Below, in pieces: positions 7,418 to 14,364 of a DNA stretch of 35,577 bases. The stretch is from a virus: IMG/VR virus record IMGVR_UViG_3300002134_000021, positions 1 through 35,577 of that record, one strand, 5' to 3'. A model generated the notes under the pieces. That model made no database searches. It was not told the DNA's origin and worked only from the letters and a program-made list of their open reading frames with translations. Position 1 is the stretch's first letter. Every line of letters starts with the position of its first letter. The position numbers were made by a program, and so were the translations under genes.

Positions 7418-7477
7418 CTGTTTGTAATATAGCCTTAACCGCGCATAGTGCGAAGAACGAATAGACTTTTATTGTTG

Positions 7478-7678
7478 TCATGGCTTTGGTGGCTCAGGTA
7501 GTGGCATCCAGTGAGTTACCCGTTTACTAACATCTATACTAGACATCGTGTACCACTTAGAAGGTAGTGACATAAAATTCATAGTTGTACTTTTTACTTC
7601 AAGGAAATCTAGCGCAACAATATACTCGTTGTCTATTTCAGGCAGTCTATCTTTTACGCTTATCCATTCTTGTTTCAT
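7478..7678 (-). CDS. DUF551-like protein
   Basis: WISVKDRLPE at the N-terminus and THWMPLPEPPK at the C-terminus are the DUF551 hallmarks. Confidence 0.7.
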   Translation of the reverse strand: MKQEWISVKDRLPEIDNEYIVALDFLEVKSTTMNFMSLPSKWYTMSSIDVSKRVTHWMPLPEPPKP

Positions 7679-8037
7679 GGTTCTAGTTTGTTTCTGTAAA
7701 ACTCTATAATCTGTTCCATCTTACGCTGATAGAACGCCTCTGAATCACTTTCTCCCAATTGTTGACCTAGTACATAGATTACGTCACGAAGTCGCTTAGA
7801 CTGGCTTTTCTTGTTCGGCAAATCTTCAACCCCGAATTTATTCGATGCAAGAAGTTCAATATCGGAATCGGAAATGTCAAGTACATTGATTGCTAAGTTA
7901 ACCATCTTATTCTGAAGCGCGAATAGTTCCGCGCCTTCCTTCAACTCCATCGTGCCAAAGGTTAGCTTGAGCGTATTATCTCGCCTACTTGAAACGCTTT
8001 CAACCTGCGCCTTTAGAATGATTGTTTTAGGTTTCAT
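7675..8037 (-). CDS. Hypothetical protein (start moved to the ATG at 8037)
   Basis: The track start is 8055. The ATG at 8035-8037 forms an ATGA overlap with the upstream stop at 8034-8036. Confidence 0.55.
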   Translation of the reverse strand: MKPKTIILKAQVESVSSRRDNTLKLTFGTMELKEGAELFALQNKMVNLAINVLDISDSDIELLASNKFGVEDLPNKKSQSKRLRDVIYVLGQQLGESDSEAFYQRKMEQIIEFYRNKLEP

Positions 8038-8564
8038 TTGATTTGCAATGACCAACGTTCTTCAATCTCAAACCCTTCAATCTCAATACCTTCTTTTATA
8101 GCCTTTTTGATGGCTGTTAAATTAGGCTTTGACAACTCTGGAACTGTTGTTACAAATTCTTCTCCTATTAATGATTTTTGAACATCCCACCAACTATCAA
8201 ACTTTTGAGGATTATCAAACGTACAAACAACCCCTTCCGACTTTCTAAAGTTGAGTTTCAGCGTTTCCGTTTTGATTTCTGTGATACCATACAGCTCCAT
8301 TGCGTTTTGGATTGTGTCCTTTAATCTTTTCACCTTGTTCTGCTCAGTCTTTTTAAGCCCTTGTAAACGCTTTATCTCTGCATCAATAGCAGTTACAGTA
8401 TCTTCGCTGTCTTTAATCACGTAGGCGTAAGCTATCGCCTTTCCTTGCAGTTCCTTTTTGTTTATCGCTAGAGCCGTTTCCAGTTCGGGTGATAGTTCCC
8501 CATCCTCCAATTGGTTCGCAATCTCTAAGTATTCGGCTTCGATGTTGTAAAGTGATTTCTTCAT
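8034..8564 (-). CDS. Siphovirus Gp157-like protein
   Basis: The N-terminus SLYNIEAEYLEIANQLEDGELSPELETALAINKKELQGKAIAYAYVIK...IDAEIKRLQ fits the Gp157 family pattern. It is adjacent to the annealase. Confidence 0.6.
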   Translation of the reverse strand: MKKSLYNIEAEYLEIANQLEDGELSPELETALAINKKELQGKAIAYAYVIKDSEDTVTAIDAEIKRLQGLKKTEQNKVKRLKDTIQNAMELYGITEIKTETLKLNFRKSEGVVCTFDNPQKFDSWWDVQKSLIGEEFVTTVPELSKPNLTAIKKAIKEGIEIEGFEIEERWSLQIK

Positions 8565-8603
8565 TTTCTTCTTCTCTTAATTGGTTAAATAGTTCTTTGC
8601 TCA

Positions 8604-9365
8604 TCACGCCTTTTCAAATGATTCCTTTGCTAAGATTACCTCGGCTTTAATCCACTTTTGAACGTCCTGTGAAACGTTGTATTTATCAACCGCCTGTTCA
8701 AGTGTTCCTTTGTCGTTTGAAAGTGCTTTCACAATCGCGTTGTAAATGTCATCACCTGTTGAAACGATTACCCTTTCACCTTTCGGAACTGGTGCAGATT
8801 TTGCAACGGTTGCTTTAGGTGGTGCAGTTTGCTTTTGAGGTGGTGCAGTTTGAACCCCTCTACCAAATTTAGCAAACACCCTTTGCCCCGTTGAGTCACT
8901 TGCTTTAACGTGTTGGTCTGTGATTTCCCAGCTCCACTCATTAGGCTTAAACTTGGATGTTTGTCTAACCTTGCCATCCTTTTCAAAGAACTCATCCTTA
9001 GTTAGGTTAACAAACAATGTAGGCACATCGTAAAGTTCTCGACCAACCCCAACAACAAAGCCAGCACGTTTCAAAGCATCCGAGTATTCGCCCTTTTCCT
9101 TTTCAGTATTGCTTTCAGTACCGTTTGACCACTTCCAAATCCATTGGTTAATATCTTTGTTGTAGATACCTATGCCACATTGAAGCACTCCTTTAGAATC
9201 TCTCTTGTATTCATTTTGCCAAAGGTCACGCCCGAATACTTCGTCAAGCATTGACATATCAACCCTTGCATCTTTGTAAGCTAGTAACGTGCAATACGCG
9301 CCATTAGCAGACTTACCGATTGTACCAACTCGAAAGTCAATTTCATCTACTCTTAATTTTCTCAT
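8604..9365 (-). CDS. Rad52/Sak-like single-strand annealing protein
   Basis: IDFRVGTIGKSANGAYCTLLAYKDARVDMSMLDEVFGRDLWQNEY and SDALKRAGFVVGVGRELY match phage Rad52-family motifs. Confidence 0.75.
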   Translation of the reverse strand: MRKLRVDEIDFRVGTIGKSANGAYCTLLAYKDARVDMSMLDEVFGRDLWQNEYKRDSKGVLQCGIGIYNKDINQWIWKWSNGTESNTEKEKGEYSDALKRAGFVVGVGRELYDVPTLFVNLTKDEFFEKDGKVRQTSKFKPNEWSWEITDQHVKASDSTGQRVFAKFGRGVQTAPPQKQTAPPKATVAKSAPVPKGERVIVSTGDDIYNAIVKALSNDKGTLEQAVDKYNVSQDVQKWIKAEVILAKESFEKA

Positions 9366-9372
9366 AGTTGTT

Positions 9373-9621
9373 TTATTTAGCTGTTTGAATATCTACTGAA
9401 TTGTTGCCTAAGTCTTGAATCCGAATGAACTTGTAAACGCTTCCGATTGTTGGCGTTATTCCAGTTGCTTCGATAATGTCGCTGAATATCTCGTTAGACA
9501 CTAACACCTCATCAATTCCGCAGTTGGTGCTAATCATTGATTTGACCTTTTGCGCTGCCTGTCTTGTGAAATGCGACTTAGCGTTGCGTTGAATCTTCTC
9601 TGTGAAGTCTGTGATTTCCAT
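9373..9621 (-). CDS. Hypothetical protein
   Basis: 82-aa ORF overlapping the upstream ORF by 44 nt. The start is uncertain. Confidence 0.5.
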   Translation of the reverse strand: MEITDFTEKIQRNAKSHFTRQAAQKVKSMISTNCGIDEVLVSNEIFSDIIEATGITPTIGSVYKFIRIQDLGNNSVDIQTAK

Positions 9622-9763
9622 TGTCGTTTAGTTGTTTAGTGATTGATTCTTGAAACTCTTTATTCCTTTCAATTTGCCTTTGGATTGATTCAACATAAAC
9701 CTCCGTGATTGAGTTGCGTAGGTTAGCCGCTGATTCAATGATTGAATTGATTTCATGTTTCAT
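9578..9763 (-). CDS. Hypothetical protein
   Basis: 61-aa ORF. Its start overlaps the stop of ORF 9760..10005 by 4 nt. Confidence 0.5.
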   Translation of the reverse strand: MKHEINSIIESAANLRNSITEVYVESIQRQIERNKEFQESITKQLNDNGNHRLHREDSTQR

Positions 9764-10005
9764 TTGGTCATTGATTTCTTTAGCGCAATTGCCTTCTCAA
9801 TAATCACATCTTTATTGATGTAACTATCTTTGCCGTTTGATTTCGCCTTACCTAATCGCTCAACCTTACAAGCATCCTTGATGGTTGATAGTGGTATTCG
9901 GCTGTCAATCTTGCGGTACTTGTTAACCTCGATTTCTAGTTTCTTCCAAAAGAGATAAGGAAGGTTGGTTGATAGTTCGTTAAGGAACTCTTGATTGTAT
10001 TTCAT
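9760..10005 (-). CDS. Hypothetical protein; first gene of the recombination/replication module
   Basis: 81-aa ORF whose ATG is 25 nt downstream of the conserved TAGATTTG box. Confidence 0.6.
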   Translation of the reverse strand: MKYNQEFLNELSTNLPYLFWKKLEIEVNKYRKIDSRIPLSTIKDACKVERLGKAKSNGKDSYINKDVIIEKAIALKKSMTK

Positions 10006-10016
10006 TTGGTTAATTA

Positions 10017-10063
10017 GTTTGTTATTACGACAAATCTAAGTCTTTATTTGTTACGAAATACAA
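10017..10063 (-). promoter_or_regulatory. Bacteroidota-type promoter containing the second copy of the 22-nt element
   Basis: 10017..10038 (gtttgttattacgacaaatcta) is identical to 6659..6680. The minus strand reads TTGT-N21-TAGATTTGTCGTAATAACAAAC. Confidence 0.55.
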
Positions 10064-10087
10064 TTGATGAAAAATTATTTTTAGGGG

Positions 10088-10142
10088 CGTTCACAAAATA
10101 GCCACGTTCACAAAACGTGAACACGGTTAAAATATGAACGTG
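10088..10142. promoter_or_regulatory. Array of four GTTCAC-core sites (two direct 11-mers, two inverted)
   Basis: cgttcacaaaa occurs at 10088-10098 and 10105-10115. gtgaac is at 10117-10122 and tgaacgtg at 10135-10142. gttcac-aaaac-gtgaac forms a palindrome. Confidence 0.6.
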
Positions 10143-10148
10143 TAAGGA

Positions 10149-10793
10149 TTACTTACGTAGTCGGATAACCTGACCTGCTCGGATGGTTGCGAAGTGTCCT
10201 GTTCCTGCCATGTAACCAACGGAGAAGTATGTGCCGGACTTGAATTTCAACCCCAAATCAACACCTGCCGCTAAAGCATTTGGAACATTGGCGTAACTCA
10301 TACCGCCCCCACCTTGAAACGAAGCAATCAACTGGAACTTGTCGCGGTTGTCAATGTTCTGAATTTCAAGTGGTCGAAGTATCTTGTATTCAAACTTTCG
10401 CCCTACAATCTTGTTTCTAAAGATGGTGTCTAAAATAACCGCTTGTAATGAACTATCTCTAATCGTGTCGATATACGTGACCGCTTGCGTTAAATAGTGG
10501 CTTAGAATCGCTGCCGTGTCTATTGGCGTATCATTGTAAACATAAACGGTTGAGCCTTCAACGTAGATGGTATCAACTACTTTTGCGCCTTTAATCCATT
10601 TAGTCACAACTTTTTCAACTTGAATAGTGTCAGGTGGTGGCAACTTAGATTTGATTACGCGCTCCAAAGAATCGTAGATGAATTTACGGTCTTGTTGAAT
10701 TGGTCGATTGCCGCAACCCCTATCTAGTAGAATAAGCACGACAACCACCGCGATTAATGCGACTATAATTATCGTTCTGTAATCTATTTTCAT
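10149..10793 (-). CDS. Membrane-anchored protein at the end of the lysis cassette (spanin-like role possible)
   Basis: N-terminal TM segment TIIIVALIAVVVVLILL. The Gly-rich C-terminus has an alternating beta-strand pattern (VDLGLKFKSGTYFSVGYMAGTGHF). The start overlaps the upstream stop. Confidence 0.5.
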   Translation of the reverse strand: MKIDYRTIIIVALIAVVVVLILLDRGCGNRPIQQDRKFIYDSLERVIKSKLPPPDTIQVEKVVTKWIKGAKVVDTIYVEGSTVYVYNDTPIDTAAILSHYLTQAVTYIDTIRDSSLQAVILDTIFRNKIVGRKFEYKILRPLEIQNIDNRDKFQLIASFQGGGGMSYANVPNALAAGVDLGLKFKSGTYFSVGYMAGTGHFATIRAGQVIRLRK

Positions 10794-11224
10794 TGTGTAA
10801 TCTCCAACACGAACCCATTAGGTGCAAGTTCTAATAGTTTCTTTAATGTGTTCTTTGAATCCAATAGTTCGGGTATTCCATCGCCAGTAATATCACCAAT
10901 CCGTGACCCAACCCCGATGCAGCCCAACAAATCAGCGTGACCAGTTTTCGGATTAGGTGAACCAACGTAATTAGCCGCGTGTATCAGAATTTCAGAACGG
11001 TTTAAAACATCTTTAACCCAAAAGCACTTACCGAACTTTGGCGACACGTGAAAGTCAACGTCATAATGCCCTTCGGGTATGCAGCTAATTCTACGTTGAT
11101 TGTTAAGGTCAGGTAGTTCAATTGTCCTACATTTAAAGACTTCAGCACCGCTATCTTCATCCGTTAGCGTTAACGTGCCTATCACTTGTTTCGGATAGTA
11201 TTGCCTACATAGTAACGCCATCAT
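10790..11224 (-). CDS. DUF5675-like protein; candidate non-canonical endolysin
   Basis: GTLTL...RTIELPDLNNQRRISCIPEGHY...ILIHAANYVGS...DLLGCIGVG fits the DUF5675 pattern. It has an H...GC arrangement reminiscent of YkuD-fold enzymes and sits just after the holin-like gene. Confidence 0.5.
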   Translation of the reverse strand: MMALLCRQYYPKQVIGTLTLTDEDSGAEVFKCRTIELPDLNNQRRISCIPEGHYDVDFHVSPKFGKCFWVKDVLNRSEILIHAANYVGSPNPKTGHADLLGCIGVGSRIGDITGDGIPELLDSKNTLKKLLELAPNGFVLEITQ

Positions 11225-11337
11225 CGCCCTTGTCCTTTATATCGTTTAACGCTTGCGTGTTTGTTTACGCTCTTTTTGTGTCGTCTTAACTTCTTGCGTG
11301 TTCGCGCTCTGAAAGTATTTACAGTTTGCTTTTTCAT
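11221..11337 (-). CDS. Unannotated 38-aa polycationic peptide ORF
   Basis: My translation is MKKQTVNTFRARTRKKLRRHKKSVNKHASVKRYKGQGR (9 K, 7 R, 2 H, no D/E). ATG is at 11335-11337. The TGA at 11221-11223 overlaps the ATG of the next gene (ATGA). Confidence 0.45.
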   Translation of the reverse strand: MKKQTVNTFRARTRKKLRRHKKSVNKHASVKRYKGQGR

Positions 11338-11372
11338 GACAGTCACATTCTATCGGTTTAACCTCGCAGTAT

Positions 11373-11606
11373 TTAATTCCCAATCTTACACTTGTTTTCG
11401 CGTATCTCTGAACGCATTTCAGTCAATGCCTTTGTGCTTTCAGAAATAACATCACTGAACTTCTCCACGTGCTTATCGTTGGCTGTTTGCCACTCCTTGC
11501 GTTCTTCACGGTGTATGTCAGTCAACTTGTTTAAATAGTAAAGCAGAATCATTAATATGATTCCAGCCATTCCATAATCTGCTAAAGATGTAAATACCTG
11601 TTCCAT
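11373..11606 (-). CDS. Holin-like small membrane protein
   Basis: 77 aa with one TM segment (YGMAGIILMILLYYL) followed by a charged C-terminal tail. It sits upstream of the lysin candidate. Confidence 0.45.
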   Translation of the reverse strand: MEQVFTSLADYGMAGIILMILLYYLNKLTDIHREERKEWQTANDKHVEKFSDVISESTKALTEMRSEIRENKCKIGN

Positions 11607-11644
11607 TACTCATTAATTATTGACGTTCATATTATGCTGTGCCA

Positions 11645-11851
11645 TTACTCATTGGTTTCATTTAAGTATTCAGCGCATTTCACATTGGCATCTTCTCCCG
11701 AAAATATTACCCAACCATCGCCTATTGGGTCGGGTTCGGTTGTATATTCAATTATAGCGTATGTTTCACGCTCATCAATGATGGAATAAACACCTGAAAT
11801 TTCTTCTTGGTTGAAGTGTTCAATTAGTATTACCGCGTATTTATTTCTCAT
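11645..11851 (-). CDS. Hypothetical acidic protein
   Basis: 68-aa ORF whose start overlaps the stop of the fibre gene. Confidence 0.55.
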   Translation of the reverse strand: MRNKYAVILIEHFNQEEISGVYSIIDERETYAIIEYTTEPDPIGDGWVIFSGEDANVKCAEYLNETNE

Positions 11852-13779
11852 GGTGCATCTGCTACTATTCCGTTGGGTGCAAGCATATTTCTAAGGTTCA
11901 TTTTTTGCCCTGCTACAATATCCGAAACTGCTCCGCTTGTAGTTCCAACTGCCTCGTTAAATATCCAACGTTGTACGGAGTTTGCGCTTGTAGCCCCAAC
12001 CGTTTGCAATGCTGCTATTTGTGGCGCAGTAAGAATTGAGTTATGTATATTGAAGTCAGCAATATTAACGTTGCCGTAATTATTTCCCCAACCATACCCA
12101 AGCATCAAATAGTCGAAATCAGCAGAAAGTGCATCATTGTTCGGAATACCAATTGAAACACCATCAATAAATACTTCTTTTGCTTTGGTTGAGTTGTTGT
12201 TTGTTACAATAAGATTATGCCAATTCGTGTCTCCAGTCCAAGCAACATTCCTGTTTAAGTTCCATCCATTTCCACTACTCAATACAGCTATTTTATTTAT
12301 GTTGTAAAAAACCGTAATGGCTAATCTACTTGAGTTGTATTTAATACCCATTGAAAATAGCGAATTGGTAATTGCCGCACTATTCATTTTAAACCAAAAC
12401 GAAACGCTGAAATCTTGATTGTAGGTTATTAATGGGGTTGCTAAAGTTGTATCGTTAACCCCATCGAACTTCATCGAGTTGGTAATTACAATGGTGGAAG
12501 TAAGCGTAAACGGTGTTGCATCTGCCGTGGCATCTGTTCCATCGGTTGCCGTTGCTGAAATAGTAATTGTACCAGTAAGTGTAATTACCCATGCAAGTGA
12601 GTCGCCTACTTGCGTAACCTGTGGCGCGTTCTTCGTTCCATTTCCGAAAAAGAAACTATAAGTAGTTGGAGTTATACCCGTTGGCGTTAGCTTAATATAA
12701 GCAGTTGCACCGTAGTTTAATGTTGTAACTGGAACGGTATATCCTGCATCTGAAAACACTTCAATTGATAACGAAGGCGCAATCGGAGCAGGCACAATCC
12801 ACGCGCTACCGTTCCAACTTCCAACGGGTGAACCGTCTTGAGTTACGTCAATGTCCAAAGAATCTTCAGCTTTAACATCTGCAACAGGTGAGCCGTTTAT
12901 GCTTATTGCGCTGTCGTCTATTCTCCAATGAGTTCCCTGTTTTGAACCTACCTCGGTCGCTCCTGAAGATTGGCGAATACTAATATTCTCCGTGTCTCCT
13001 GACGGTATCGTTGTCATTTCAACACCGTTCAATTCAACCGTTGCATCTGCGCAAGGTGGTATAGGTGTTGCTACTATATTTTGAACACTCGGAACACTTG
13101 TAGTTGTGCCGTCAGAATCAGTAAAGTCAATGTTTGGCAATACCAACGTTGCTCCACTTGCTACCGTTGTTGAATAGCTTGCATCGCTATTTTCTACGGT
13201 TGCGTCAGCGCAATTACCAAACTCTAAAAGTAAACAGGCGTTCTGCTCTGCTGTCAGCCTATCAAGTACAGACTGGTCGCAAAAATCGTAAAGGGTTAGC
13301 CCGTCAATCGTTGGAGGTATAACCGCACCTGATTGTGGAATATTGCACTTGTTCCAATCGTAGAATTGTTTAAGTTCAAGAACGCAAGAGTACCCTGCGG
13401 TTCTGTCGTTGGTTCGTTCCGTAAAGTGTTCAAGCGTTGCAGCCTTATCCGTTACATACTCTTGACCGTGTTGCTGATGAAAGTAGTTTAGAAAGTCTAG
13501 CAGAATCAACTGCATATCGCTTAAAACTTCAATCTCAGAAGCGTCATCATCTTGACCTTCTTCGCCAACAATAACGCGCCCGAACATGGTTAGACGAATG
13601 TTGTCAACCTTGTAGTTATCCTCTAAAGAACCGCCTTCGTTAGACAGCCATAGTAACGGGTAAAGCCTATCGGGTTTTCCTTGTAGTTCCGCTATTGTTC
13701 CCATCCCCACTTCCGCTATTTGGTAATGGGCGTTCGCGAGTGCTACTATTTGAGCGTGTATTTCGTTGAGAGTTAGCAA
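11848..13779 (-). CDS. Tail fibre / receptor-binding protein with a C-terminal LamG (concanavalin-like) domain
   Basis: C-terminus MKFDGVNDT...FSVSFWFKMN...NWHNLIVTNN...VFIDGV...LMLGYGW is LamG_3-like. The middle is Thr/Ser/Val-rich beta sequence. The annotated start is a TTG. Confidence 0.65.
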   Translation of the reverse strand: MLTLNEIHAQIVALANAHYQIAEVGMGTIAELQGKPDRLYPLLWLSNEGGSLEDNYKVDNIRLTMFGRVIVGEEGQDDDASEIEVLSDMQLILLDFLNYFHQQHGQEYVTDKAATLEHFTERTNDRTAGYSCVLELKQFYDWNKCNIPQSGAVIPPTIDGLTLYDFCDQSVLDRLTAEQNACLLLEFGNCADATVENSDASYSTTVASGATLVLPNIDFTDSDGTTTSVPSVQNIVATPIPPCADATVELNGVEMTTIPSGDTENISIRQSSGATEVGSKQGTHWRIDDSAISINGSPVADVKAEDSLDIDVTQDGSPVGSWNGSAWIVPAPIAPSLSIEVFSDAGYTVPVTTLNYGATAYIKLTPTGITPTTYSFFFGNGTKNAPQVTQVGDSLAWVITLTGTITISATATDGTDATADATPFTLTSTIVITNSMKFDGVNDTTLATPLITYNQDFSVSFWFKMNSAAITNSLFSMGIKYNSSRLAITVFYNINKIAVLSSGNGWNLNRNVAWTGDTNWHNLIVTNNNSTKAKEVFIDGVSIGIPNNDALSADFDYLMLGYGWGNNYGNVNIADFNIHNSILTAPQIAALQTVGATSANSVQRWIFNEAVGTTSGAVSDIVAGQKMNLRNMLAPNGIVADAP

Positions 13780-13808
13780 GGTATTGTCTTAATTTCTGTT
13801 CGTTCTTT

Positions 13809-14363
13809 TTAGACATCTCGGTATTTTTCGCGTAGCGTTTCAGGATATGACATTCCACCTAGATAGATGGTAGTGCTGAAGTTGTTTCTACTCGGTTGGA
13901 TGGTATCAACACCGCTATCGGGGTTCTCGTATTCAGGATAGCTTGATGTGTATTCACATAGGTAATCAATCAACCTTTGCTTATACCATTCTGCTTTGTT
14001 CTTTTCCTTCTCAACTAGGAAGTTAACGCCTGATGTGGATGCAGGTGCAGACTGTTCCGAATCTTGTATTTGTAGCCCCTTGTTCGTTACCTTGTAGTGA
14101 GCCATTGCCAAACATTCGGCAGTCACATAATGCTTTAAGCAAATTTGAATATAGTCTTCAAGCAAGGTTAAATAAACACCTGCTAAGTTAGACGCTGCAA
14201 TGTCTGTTTTGATTTTGTTGTAAAGCGTTGTTCCCAGTACCGTTTGAATCTCTGAATCTTGCGCCCATAGTATCGCCTCGCGTATGTATTTCACATCAAC
14301 GTTATCGCTAACCTGCGTGTTCTGCTTTAAAAATGTTTCTGATATAAATAGAACGTTTGCCAT
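13809..14363 (-). CDS. Virion protein, possible head-tail connector/adaptor
   Basis: 184 aa immediately after the portal gene. The assignment rests on position alone. Confidence 0.35.
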   Translation of the reverse strand: MANVLFISETFLKQNTQVSDNVDVKYIREAILWAQDSEIQTVLGTTLYNKIKTDIAASNLAGVYLTLLEDYIQICLKHYVTAECLAMAHYKVTNKGLQIQDSEQSAPASTSGVNFLVEKEKNKAEWYKQRLIDYLCEYTSSYPEYENPDSGVDTIQPSRNNFSTTIYLGGMSYPETLREKYRDV

Positions 14364-14364
14364 G

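Noticed and set aside
8413-8607. Minus-strand ORFs nested out of frame in larger genes (also 2443..2625, 3820..4002, 4431..4670, 7068..7325, 8768..8995, 13667..13858, 14327..14518, 25691..25897, 26250..26528, 27547..27744)
   Set aside because: Each is fully or largely contained in a longer ORF with recognisable motifs or better context. None has its own start context or a plausible product.
10149-10230. Lipoprotein (lipobox) interpretation of the 214-aa protein N-terminus (LLDRGC)
   Set aside because: The charged D and R at positions -3 and -2 do not fit the L-[AS]-[GA]-C lipobox. It is treated as an uncleaved signal-anchor instead.
11261-11449. Plus-strand 62-aa ORF in the holin-lysin gap
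   Set aside because: It overlaps the holin-like gene antisense. The minus-strand 38-aa ORF with ATGA coupling explains the gap better.
11603-11653. 12-nt direct repeat ccattactcatt (11603..11614 and 11642..11653) around the holin start and the preceding stop
   Set aside because: Both copies coincide with stop/start junction sequence (TAATGAGTAATGG). The second copy would open only a 10-codon ORF. This is probably a local duplication or chance, with no clear function.
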